Below are positions 42,203 through 50,770 of a DNA stretch of 64,000 nt, piece by piece. Under the pieces are notes generated by a model. It had not been told where the DNA came from. It saw nothing but the letters and a program-made list of their open reading frames with translations, and made no database searches. Positions within the stretch are counted from its first letter, which is position 1. Each line of letters begins with the position of its first letter. Made by a program: the position numbers and the translations under genes. Origin of the DNA: Obrimoposthia wandeli (Eukaryota); assembly GCA_977020255.1 (NCBI GenBank), contig CDROCS010000253.1:744001-808000 (forward strand). Direction: 5' to 3'.

Positions 42203-42251
42203 CGACTTGTAATCACAAGTCGCTAAAACATAGGTAAATTTACCTATGTTT
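42203..42251. other. Two tandem hairpins between tRNA-Trp and secE
   Basis: CGACTTGT-AATC-ACAAGTCG and the perfect 26-bp palindrome AAACATAGGTAAATTTACCTATGTTT. Confidence 0.8.
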
Positions 42252-42259
42252 ACTCAAAG

Positions 42260-42336
42260 TGGCAGGGGTGGAGAGACTCGAACTCCCAACCATCGGTTTT
42301 GGAGACCGCTGTTCTACCAATTGGAACTACACCCCT
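42260..42336 (-). tRNA. tRNA-Trp (CCA)
   Basis: AGGGGTG acceptor stem, CTCCAAA anticodon loop, GTTCGA T loop, CCA end. Confidence 0.97.
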
Positions 42337-42422
42337 ACAGATTGCTTATAAAGCAATGGTTACACTTACCGGGTGAATCTTAGTTTTTTGGGAAATAAGA
42401 GATACTCGAGAAGTGAGGCGTT

Positions 42423-42450
42423 ATTATACTCAGCCCAGTGTTTTACTCAA
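42423..42450 (-). promoter_or_regulatory. Sigma70 promoter for tRNA-Trp-secE-nusG
   Basis: TTGAGT-16-TATAAT with GC-rich discriminator, downstream of the tuf terminator. Confidence 0.65.
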
Positions 42451-42575
42451 GAAGTATTTGATGTATTGGCTAATATAAGCCGTTTCTCTGCTATAGATTC
42501 AGTTAATAGTCTGAACATGATTATTTAAAACACAATAGATCGTCTATTGGATATTTCAGAAGTGATACGATAATG

Positions 42576-42605
42576 GATTTCCGATCAGGAACTTCGGAAA
42601 TGACG
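42576..42605 (-). repeat. CGTC-tagged palindromic REP-like repeat, copy 2
   Basis: ATTTCCGA-N9-TCGGAAAT-GACG. Confidence 0.7.
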
Positions 42606-42698
42606 ACTGATATTTTATAGGCTATTGTGAGGTAATCAATCAATTTACTTAATATGTCACTCAATAAATGACTTAGCTGTTTATCAAATTTCAGGCAC

Positions 42699-42725
42699 AA
42701 AAAAGGCCGCGTTAGCGACCTTTTT
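42699..42725 (-). terminator. Intrinsic terminator of the tRNA-linked tuf
   Basis: Same GGTCGC-TAAC-GCGGCC hairpin as 21133-21157. Confidence 0.85.
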
Positions 42726-42767
42726 ATGTGATATTAATTTCTAATATGCATTTGCTTAGTAACTGAT

Positions 42768-42831
42768 GATTTAACAAGGCGTAGGCACGGAGTTGACGTG
42801 AGTCAATGAGTACCTACAACGACGCTAAATC
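42768..42831 (-). repeat. Structured 3'-UTR module, copy B
   Basis: GGAG-TTGAC-GTGA-GTCAA-TGAGTA inside GTAGGCAC/GTACCTAC stems. Confidence 0.75.
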
Positions 42832-42846
42832 GAAGTTAGTGGCAAA

Positions 42847-44031
42847 TTAAGCAATAATTTTAGAAACAACACCAGCACCAACAGTACGACCACCTTCACG
42901 GATAGCGAAGCGTAAACCTTCGTCCATCGCTACTGGGTTGATTAGCTCAACAACAAACTTAAGGTTGTCGCCAGGCATTACCATTTCAACACCTTCAGGA
43001 AGCTCTACAGCACCTGTGATATCTGTTGTACGGAAGTAAAACTGTGGACGGTATCCTTTGAAGAATGGAGTATGACGACCACCTTCATCTTTCGAAAGAA
43101 CATATACTTCAGATTCGAATTTAGTGTGTGGTAAAATTGAACCAGGAGCACATAGTACTTGACCACGTTCAACATCTTCACGTTTAAGACCACGTAAAAG
43201 AACACCACAGTTCTCGCCAGCACGACCTTCGTCAAGAAGCTTACGGAACATTTCAACACCAGTACAAGTTGATTTTTGTGTATCACGGATACCAACAACT
43301 TCTACTTCTTCACCAATTTTGATGATACCACGTTCAACACGACCAGTAACAACTGTACCACGACCTGAGATTGAGAATACATCTTCGATAGGCATGATGA
43401 ATGCACCGTCGATTGCACGCTCTGGCTCTGGAATGTAGTTATCTAATGCATCAGCAAGTTCGATAATTTTAGATTCCCACTTCTCATCGCCTTGAAGAGC
43501 GCCTAAAGCAGAACCTTGAATTACTGGTAAATCATCACCTGGGAAATCATATTCAGAAAGAAGTTCACGAACTTCCATTTCTACTAATTCTAATAATTCG
43601 TCATCGTCAACCACGTCACATTTGTTCATGAAAACGATAATGAATGGAACACCAACTTGGCGAGACAATAAGATGTGCTCACGTGTTTGTGGCATAGGAC
43701 CATCTGTAGCAGCAACTACTAAGATAGCGCCATCCATTTGTGCAGCACCAGTGATCATATTTTTGATATAATCGGCGTGACCAGGACAATCTACGTGTGC
43801 ATAGTGACGAACTTCAGTATCATATTCGATGTGAGAAGTATTGATTGTAATACCACGTTCACGCTCTTCAGGAGCATTATCGATTTGTGCGAAGTCTTTA
43901 ACTTCACCACCGTGAACTTTAGTTAATACCGCAGAGATAGCGGCTGTCAAAGTTGTTTTACCGTGATCTACGTGACCGATAGTACCAACGTTTACATGTG
44001 GTTTATTACGTTCAAATTTTGCTTTAGCCAT
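42847..44031 (-). CDS. tuf: Elongation factor Tu (tRNA-linked copy)
   Basis: 394 aa; four residues differ from the other copy. Confidence 0.99.
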   Translation of the reverse strand: MAKAKFERNKPHVNVGTIGHVDHGKTTLTAAISAVLTKVHGGEVKDFAQIDNAPEERERGITINTSHIEYDTEVRHYAHVDCPGHADYIKNMITGAAQMDGAILVVAATDGPMPQTREHILLSRQVGVPFIIVFMNKCDVVDDDELLELVEMEVRELLSEYDFPGDDLPVIQGSALGALQGDEKWESKIIELADALDNYIPEPERAIDGAFIMPIEDVFSISGRGTVVTGRVERGIIKIGEEVEVVGIRDTQKSTCTGVEMFRKLLDEGRAGENCGVLLRGLKREDVERGQVLCAPGSILPHTKFESEVYVLSKDEGGRHTPFFKGYRPQFYFRTTDITGAVELPEGVEMVMPGDNLKFVVELINPVAMDEGLRFAIREGGRTVGAGVVSKIIA

Positions 44032-44113
44032 TTTAAAATACCTCTGGGTATAGTAATAATTTACTGTTTGAGTGTGCGATTCAATGTGAGATAAGGATAG
44101 ATTAATCTAGGAA

Positions 44114-44189
44114 TGGTGCTGATAGGCAGATTCGAACTGCCGACCTCACCCTTACCAAGGGTGCGCTCTACCAACTGAGCCATATCAGC
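44114..44189 (-). tRNA. tRNA-Thr (GGT)
   Basis: Cloverleaf, TTGGTAA anticodon loop, CCA end. Confidence 0.97.
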
Positions 44190-44205
44190 ATTCATATACA
44201 AAGAT

Positions 44206-44234
44206 TGGAGCGGGTGGCGGGAATCGAACCCGCT

Positions 44235-44265
<31 letters not shown>

Positions 44266-44280
44266 GTATACGACACCCGC
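44206..44280 (-). tRNA. tRNA-Gly (TCC)
   Basis: GCGGGTG acceptor stem, CTTCCAA loop, CCA end. Confidence 0.96.
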
Positions 44281-44344
44281 TTTTCTATCAAGTTATCTCT
44301 GTTTTTTTGATCTATCTTATTTTTCAATAAGTATAAATCGAATA

Positions 44345-44429
44345 TGGTGGAGGGAGGTGGATTCGAACCACCGAAGGCTGAGCCGTCAGATTTACAGTCT
44401 GATCCCTTTGGCCACTCGGGAACCCCTCC
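44345..44429 (-). tRNA. tRNA-Tyr (GTA)
   Basis: Long variable arm, CTGTAAA loop, CCA end. Confidence 0.97.
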
Positions 44430-44490
44430 ACTTTAAGCCTATACCTTTTATCAAGGTACCTTATAAAAGCATCGCTTTAATAAGTATTAA

Positions 44491-44517
44491 TGGTGCCGAC
44501 TGCCGGAATCGAACTGG

Positions 44518-44559
<42 letters not shown>

Positions 44560-44566
44560 AGTCGGC
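44491..44566 (-). tRNA. tRNA-Thr (TGT)
   Basis: CTTGTAA loop, CCA end. Confidence 0.97.
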
Positions 44567-44585
44567 ACTACATTAAGTGGTGCGA

Positions 44586-44614
44586 ATTCTAGTGTAATGT
44601 TTTCCCCCTTGCAA
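44586..44614 (-). promoter_or_regulatory. Sigma70 promoter of the tRNA-tuf operon
   Basis: TTGCAA-17-TAGAAT followed by a GC-rich discriminator. Confidence 0.8.
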
Positions 44615-44727
44615 TAGCTAAATTCAAATATTTTGCACTTTTTTCATCTTTATTGTTTGTTTGATGGTTTTTTATTCAAGGGATGGTTACTTTTGCTGCT
44701 TGGCGGCTAACTAGTGTCGGTTAAAGC

Positions 44728-44760
44728 AAAAAATCCGACATAATTTAATGTCGGATTTTT
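44728..44760. terminator. Terminator after the DUF2726 gene
   Basis: AAAAATCCGACAT-N6-ATGTCGGATTTTT. Confidence 0.8.
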
Positions 44761-44863
44761 ATATTTTATTTTATTATTCACTGTTCAGTTATTTCAAGGC
44801 TAGTTTCTTGTCTATATTTCTTTCTACATATAGTAGTGCTATTTCTTAATTAAGGAGCATGCT

Positions 44864-45547
44864 TTAATGCGATAAGGAAGAAGCTGACATACCGCCTAAT
44901 TGACCTGCTGACATTTGTGCCATTATTGGTGTTTGTTGATCAACTTGTACTCTAGCCGCTGCTGCCGTTAAGGCGCCAACTGATTTATTTCTTGCTCTCA
45001 CCATAGGTGCTGGGATAATACGGCCTTTTATTTTTGGCTCTGGGGCAAAGTTAGCTGCTGATTTACCTAATAAACGGGTATGAATGCAAGACCTAATTTC
45101 TTCTAAGGTGTAGTTGGCCTTTACTTTAATACGTAGATGCGGGATTGAAGCAGCTTCTAAACTACCACTAACAAACCAATCTTTTTTAATTTTATAACCT
45201 CGGCCCTGCGTATCGACTAAATCAATAGCACCAAGTAACTTCATGCTACTGCGATCGCAAATGACAAAATCTAAATATTTTGTCTCAGCACTTTTGGCTG
45301 CAGTTTGGCTGGCTCGACTTGAAACACCATTGCGTATAGTTACCACATCACTTAGCCTAACGCGATTTAACACACGGTATTTTGCACCTAGTGCTTGTTC
45401 AACGAGGTTTTGGAAGTTTTTTTCTGCGGGGGTAAAAATGGCTTGTTTACTATCAAAAGGAAAAGGAAAGCTATTATCGTTTAAACGACTTGCTAACACG
45501 GCAACAATTACCACTAAGGTAATCAAGGTAAATAATATCAGTTCCAT
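44864..45547 (-). CDS. DUF2726 domain protein
   Basis: N-terminal TM; FTPAEKNF, RVRLSDV and LDFVICD..K...IDL pattern. Confidence 0.8.
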   Translation of the reverse strand: MELILFTLITLVVIVAVLASRLNDNSFPFPFDSKQAIFTPAEKNFQNLVEQALGAKYRVLNRVRLSDVVTIRNGVSSRASQTAAKSAETKYLDFVICDRSSMKLLGAIDLVDTQGRGYKIKKDWFVSGSLEAASIPHLRIKVKANYTLEEIRSCIHTRLLGKSAANFAPEPKIKGRIIPAPMVRARNKSVGALTAAAARVQVDQQTPIMAQMSAGQLGGMSASSLSH

Positions 45548-45689
45548 ATACTTCTCCAGCGATTCAAATTTTTGACGTTTTCTCTATATCAGAGAATAAA
45601 CGTGCTACCTAGCCTAAGCTAAGCAAAATTTGTGCCGAAGATATTAATTATGAAAATATTTATTAATATCTGATTTTATTTACGATTAC

Positions 45690-45715
45690 TGACTTATGAC
45701 TTATGACTTATGACT
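45690..45715. repeat. Heptamer tandem repeat (TGACTTA)x3.7
   Basis: TGACTTATGACTTATGACTTATGACT. Confidence 0.8.
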
Positions 45716-45831
45716 AAGGTATTATTTTAAATAATGCTTATTTAAGAAATAGGTGCAGCGTCAAAAAACTGCACCTATATACTCTACCTAATATATAAGC
45801 ATAATATAGTTAGTAGGTAATAAATAATAAT

Positions 45832-46476
45832 TTAAGCTGGGTATTTTTCTTCTAAGGCTTGGTATAATTGCTGTTGAAAGTCTTCCGCGCCCGTATCTAA
45901 AGTAGTTACTAGTTTTGCTAACACCTCATTATCTTCTTCACCGTGCCATTCTTTAATATAGCTACCTTCTTTATAGCCATGATCTTGACGGAAAAAGTTT
46001 AGGGTATTTTTACCAACGTATTGTCTAAATAGTTCATCTAGGTCCATATTCATTAACGACATACAATCAGCTAACGCTTTAGCATCAAAAGCTTTACCTG
46101 TAACCGCTGCAGATGCTAAGTTTTCTAACGCTATTTTAAAGTCACTTTCTGCCGTACCTTGGTGTAATTCTGTAGCCAGTTGATTGGCAATTAGTTCGGC
46201 GCTATCACCAGACATTAAACGTAGACTCAAACCAAAGTGAAAAATATCAACAAGTTCTAATTGCACTTGAGCGATGTCAATTTCTTGGTGTTTCCACCAC
46301 TTCCAACCGTGATGATCTAACATCTCAGCACATTCTACCCAAATTGCACGATACCACTCATAACCATTATCACGCCATGTATCACTAACACGACTGTTCA
46401 TCGCATCTTGCATGACCAGCATTTGGCTAATTTGTTTCTCGGCTATAGAGAGTGCGGTTGATAGTTTTTCGCTCAT
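45832..46476 (-). CDS. Dimeric (all-alpha) dUTP diphosphatase
   Basis: EMLDHHGWKWWK, ELVDIFHF, KNTLNFFRQDHGYK and EDNE motifs. Confidence 0.9.
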   Translation of the reverse strand: MSEKLSTALSIAEKQISQMLVMQDAMNSRVSDTWRDNGYEWYRAIWVECAEMLDHHGWKWWKHQEIDIAQVQLELVDIFHFGLSLRLMSGDSAELIANQLATELHQGTAESDFKIALENLASAAVTGKAFDAKALADCMSLMNMDLDELFRQYVGKNTLNFFRQDHGYKEGSYIKEWHGEEDNEVLAKLVTTLDTGAEDFQQQLYQALEEKYPA

Positions 46477-46613
46477 GTATTTCTCAAATAATAATGTTAG
46501 TACCGTTATTTTGCCGTAGCTGATAGCTTGTGACAAGTGTTATACCAAACGGATTAGCTGTTTTTCACTGAAAGAGCCTATTACTGACTATATAGCGACA
46601 TAATAAGCGATAG

Positions 46614-47648
46614 TTAACTAAACAGCTTCTTTCTTACCATGGCGCGATAAGCTTTCGGCGTTAAACTCAAATCTTGCTTAAATAAGCGTGTCAAATGTCC
46701 TTGGTCTTGATAACCAACCTGATCAGCTATTTCTTGTATGGTTAAATTACTTGATGCTAACAATTCTTTTGCTGTTTCTATTCTCAACTGCTGCCAGTAT
46801 TGTGTTGCACGCACGCCAGTTGCAGTTTTGAATCGACGGGTAAATGAGCGTTGGCTCATACCAAATTGCTTGGCAATCTCTGTCAGTGTTAATTCAGTAT
46901 TTAAATTTTTTCGTAGCCAAAATTGAATTTCAGCAATCAATTCATCAGCGTGCCTATCGCCCGAACCTTCCAAATAACGCTGTTCCTCATAAGGCTTACG
47001 TATCTCATGAGAGAAATTTCGTTCTACATTTTGTGCCGCCGCTTTACCATAATGCTGAGCGATTAAATGAACAATGATATCAGCCAATGCATTTAAGCTC
47101 GCAGCACAATAAATACGTTCAGATTGAGTAATAAAAAAATCGGGCTTTAAATCAACTTGTGGATAATCTCGCTTAAATTGGTCAACATAATGCCAATGCG
47201 TGGTCGCTGAGTGATTATCTAACAAACCTGATTCTGCCAAAAAACACACTCCGGTACCAACGCCAATTAACGTACTGCCTTGCTGCCAACAATTTTTTAA
47301 CCAAGCAACTAATTTTTGATGACTTTTAAGTACAGGACGAGGATTACGCCATAAGCTAGGCACAATAATAATATCAGGAGGAATTGAGTTAGCCGATAAT
47401 TCACTATCCAGGGTGATATCTGCAACCATAGTAATGCCAGCGCGTGACTTTATTTTAGCTGATGATTCGCTTAAAAACTGAGTGTTAAGCGTTAATACCG
47501 ATTTATCATAACGCCTAGCAAAAGCTTCTCCAGCGAGTAACATCTCAACAGGTAAGGTAACACCGGTTGCTAAAACGTGAGGATAAATGAGTAAAGTCAC
47601 GGTTAGCTTATCTATGAAATTATCTACTTTTATACGCTTATTAGACAT
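46614..47648 (-). CDS. GlxA-family AraC regulator with DJ-1/PfpI domain
   Basis: GTGVCFLAESGLLD, ATTHW and C-terminal double HTH. Confidence 0.92.
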   Translation of the reverse strand: MSNKRIKVDNFIDKLTVTLLIYPHVLATGVTLPVEMLLAGEAFARRYDKSVLTLNTQFLSESSAKIKSRAGITMVADITLDSELSANSIPPDIIIVPSLWRNPRPVLKSHQKLVAWLKNCWQQGSTLIGVGTGVCFLAESGLLDNHSATTHWHYVDQFKRDYPQVDLKPDFFITQSERIYCAASLNALADIIVHLIAQHYGKAAAQNVERNFSHEIRKPYEEQRYLEGSGDRHADELIAEIQFWLRKNLNTELTLTEIAKQFGMSQRSFTRRFKTATGVRATQYWQQLRIETAKELLASSNLTIQEIADQVGYQDQGHLTRLFKQDLSLTPKAYRAMVRKKLFS

Positions 47649-47670
47649 TATCTCTCCCCTTCTCTAAGTT

Positions 47671-47700
47671 ATGGCCATTATTACATACTATATGGCCAAT
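47671..47700 (+). promoter_or_regulatory. Direct repeats ATGGCCA spaced 21 bp in the divergent promoter
   Basis: Copies at 47671 and 47692; AraC-type half-site spacing (inference). Confidence 0.5.
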
Positions 47701-47797
47701 TTGGCTTATTATTATTTTGAATAGTCATTAGAATAGACACTATCTAACGCAATACTACTATTTTGCATTTATTCAAATTCTTTAAGTGGATTATTAC

Positions 47798-49693
47798 ATG
47801 GCACGTTTACCTTTAATTATTGGCATGGGCGGTATTAATGCTTCAGGCCGTACCTCATTTCATCAAGGATTTCGACGTATAGTAATCGACAAATTAACTG
47901 CCCAAGCACGCCAAGAAACATTTGTCGGTTTAGCCAGCTTAATGAAAATTGTCACAAAAAAAGATGACACTCTAGTTGATGCCGACGGAAATGTTGTTTT
48001 AGCGGATGAGATCGAAAGCAAGTTTGGGCAACAAATTCTTGCGGGTACCTTAATTCGTAAAATTGAAAAAAATCATTTTGATCCTGATGCGACTCACTGG
48101 CATCAGAAAATGAATGTCAGCCCTACCGATAAACCTATAACGTTTGAGTTACGTGCCAAAGAATTACCTAAACCCGTGCCAAATTCATGGTTGGTAACTG
48201 ATGTAGGTGACGGCAGAGTTTCTGTCGAAATTCCTGAACAACTAACGATTACGCACGATTCGTATCGTGATAACCCGATTAAAGCTGCAGGCCAGTTTCC
48301 AACAGGCTTTGATCCTGCCAAGCTTTACAGCAGTCGAAATCATCCTCGCGGTTTACAAGCAACTATTTTTGCTGCAACGGATGCAATTCGCTCTACTGGA
48401 TTAGAATGGGATGCCATATTAGCTAAAATTAGTCCTGATGAAGTAGGAACATATTCAGCTTCCATTGCAGGACAAATGCATGATGAAGGTTTTGGTGGCT
48501 TAGTTAAAAGCCGTTTAACGGGATCTCGTGTCAGTACTAAGCAATTAGCGCTGGGACTTAATACTATGTCTACCGATTTTATCAATGCTTATGTTACTGG
48601 TAATGTCGGCACCACCTTTACTAGCTCAGGTGCTTGTGCAACATTTTTATATAATTTACGCGCAGCGACACATGACATGGCAGCTGGTCGTACTCGTATC
48701 GCTATTGTTGGTAGTAGTGAAACGCCTATCACACCAGAAATGATTGAAGGCTTTGGCAACATGAGTGCATTAGCCAATGAAGAAGGCTTAAAGAGACTTG
48801 ATGGTACTGAGACAGCTGATCATCGCCGAACTAGCCGTCCATTTGGTCAGAACTGTGGTTTCACCATGGGTGAAGGTGCGCAATTTGTAGTATTGATGGA
48901 TGATGCTCTTGCCTTAGAAATGGGCGCAAAAATACTTGGCTCTGTTGCCGACGTATTCATTAATGCTGATGGTTATAAAAAATCGATTACTGCACCAGGT
49001 CCTGGTAACTATATAACCATGGCTAAATCTGTTGCTTTAGCAGAACAAGTATTAGGTAAAGAAGCACTACAAGAGCGCAGCTTTATTTTGGCACATGGCT
49101 CAAGTACACCACAAAATCGCGTTACTGAGTCGTTAATTTATCATAAAGTAGCAGAATGTTTTAACATCAAAGATTGGCCTGTTGCAGCACCGAAAGCTTA
49201 TGTTGGTCATACATTAGGCCCCGCTAGTGGCGACCAAATGGCAATGGCATTAGGTATTTTTAGCGATAACATTATGCCAGGTATTACCACTATTGATAAA
49301 GTTGCTGAAGATGTTCATAACGAACACCTTAATATTGCTACTGACCATTGGCACTGCCCTGATATGGATATAGCGTTTATCAATTCAAAAGGCTTTGGTG
49401 GCAATAATGCCACCGCTACTGTTTTTTCTCCAAAAATAAGTTTAGCTATGATGGAAAAACGTTATGGCGCTGAAGCAATGGCAACTTACCAACAAAAATT
49501 AGCTGAAGTAGAACAAGCTCAAAATGTTTATCGCGATAACGCTAATAATGGTCAATTTGATTTAATCTATAAATTTGGTAAAGGTCTGATTAATGAGGCT
49601 GATATTGAGTTAACTAGCGATAGTTTAACCTTCGCTGAATTCAAGAATAGTATTGCCTTACCTAGCAAAAATCCTTTTGAGGATATGGTCTAA
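47798..49693 (+). CDS. Beta-ketoacyl synthase, FabY-like long KAS I/II protein
   Basis: MARLPLIIGMGGINASGRTSFHQGFRR N-terminus resembles P. aeruginosa FabY; Cys-His-His (GACAT, HGSST, VGH); INSKGFGGNNA. Confidence 0.85.
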   Translation: MARLPLIIGMGGINASGRTSFHQGFRRIVIDKLTAQARQETFVGLASLMKIVTKKDDTLVDADGNVVLADEIESKFGQQILAGTLIRKIEKNHFDPDATHWHQKMNVSPTDKPITFELRAKELPKPVPNSWLVTDVGDGRVSVEIPEQLTITHDSYRDNPIKAAGQFPTGFDPAKLYSSRNHPRGLQATIFAATDAIRSTGLEWDAILAKISPDEVGTYSASIAGQMHDEGFGGLVKSRLTGSRVSTKQLALGLNTMSTDFINAYVTGNVGTTFTSSGACATFLYNLRAATHDMAAGRTRIAIVGSSETPITPEMIEGFGNMSALANEEGLKRLDGTETADHRRTSRPFGQNCGFTMGEGAQFVVLMDDALALEMGAKILGSVADVFINADGYKKSITAPGPGNYITMAKSVALAEQVLGKEALQERSFILAHGSSTPQNRVTESLIYHKVAECFNIKDWPVAAPKAYVGHTLGPASGDQMAMALGIFSDNIMPGITTIDKVAEDVHNEHLNIATDHWHCPDMDIAFINSKGFGGNNATATVFSPKISLAMMEKRYGAEAMATYQQKLAEVEQAQNVYRDNANNGQFDLIYKFGKGLINEADIELTSDSLTFAEFKNSIALPSKNPFEDMV

Positions 49694-49819
49694 CTTTAAC
49701 TGTTATGGTGTTAGCTTACTCACTGGGTAAGCTATCGTCTTTATTCTCCTTCTTACCATATAAAACAGAGTCATTTTTCCTCTAACTACACATTGCTCAA
49801 GCACAGACAAGGTAAATAT

Positions 49820-50692
49820 ATGACTCGGCTGCGTATCATGCTAATCACTTTGTTATCATTATTAGCTTTTGCTGCTAATTCATTGATAACTCGTTTTGCT
49901 TTAGAAAAAACCACTATTGATGAAGCCAGCTTCATTATGCTTCGACTTGTTTCAGGTGCACTATTCTTGTGGTTATTTTTAGCGATAAAAAAAGATAAAA
50001 AAATATTACAAGGCGGTAGCTGGTTTGCTGCTTTTGCTTTATTTATTTATGCGGTGAGCTTTACTTATGGCTACGGATTAATTGCGGCTGGCACAGGAGC
50101 TTTGTTACTCTTTGGCTCAGTACAAATTACTATGACCATTGCAGGATATCGTGAAGGCGAACGATTAAACGTAATACAACTAGTTGGTTTTGTTTTAGCT
50201 CTTGCTGGATTAGTTATTTTGATGCTACCGGGTATAAGCGCACCTTCCTTTACCGGCGCATTGTTGATGTGTATTTCAGGGATCGCTTGGAGTATTTATA
50301 CATTACAAGGCAGAGGTGCAAGTAGCCCAGCAGCAACTACTGCTGGTAACTTCATCAAAGCAGCGCCCATGGCAATACTGTTATGGTTTATTGTTTATAT
50401 ATCAACAAATAATACTATTAGCTTAGCAAACATAGGCGTTTTTTACGCACTACTGTCAGGTATTGTCACTTCTGGCATCGGCTATATTATTTGGTATAGT
50501 GTTTTACCTGAACTCAAGGCTACTCAAGCTGCCATTGTGCAATTAAGTGTCCCATTATTGGTGACTTTAGCGGGTGTCCTACTGCTAAATGAAACCATTA
50601 CCATACGTGTCGTATCTGCTTCTATTGCTATATTAATTGGTACGGTTTTAGTACTTACCTTTAAAAGCAGCAGAAATAACGCTATAAAGTAA
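49820..50692 (+). CDS. DMT/EamA family transporter
   Basis: About 10 TM segments in two repeats. Confidence 0.88.
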   Translation: MTRLRIMLITLLSLLAFAANSLITRFALEKTTIDEASFIMLRLVSGALFLWLFLAIKKDKKILQGGSWFAAFALFIYAVSFTYGYGLIAAGTGALLLFGSVQITMTIAGYREGERLNVIQLVGFVLALAGLVILMLPGISAPSFTGALLMCISGIAWSIYTLQGRGASSPAATTAGNFIKAAPMAILLWFIVYISTNNTISLANIGVFYALLSGIVTSGIGYIIWYSVLPELKATQAAIVQLSVPLLVTLAGVLLLNETITIRVVSASIAILIGTVLVLTFKSSRNNAIK

Positions 50693-50770
50693 GACATAGT
50701 GCTGTACATAAAACCAGTAAACAAATTATACTGAAGCCTTTGTTGTTAATCACTAACACTTGGATCTGGC

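Noticed and set aside
44357-44560. 67-aa ORF
   Set aside because: Antisense reading of tRNA genes.
45690-45715. Heptamer repeat as CRISPR or phase-variation switch
   Set aside because: No spacers or cas genes; intergenic and short; no evidence that it lies in promoter spacing.
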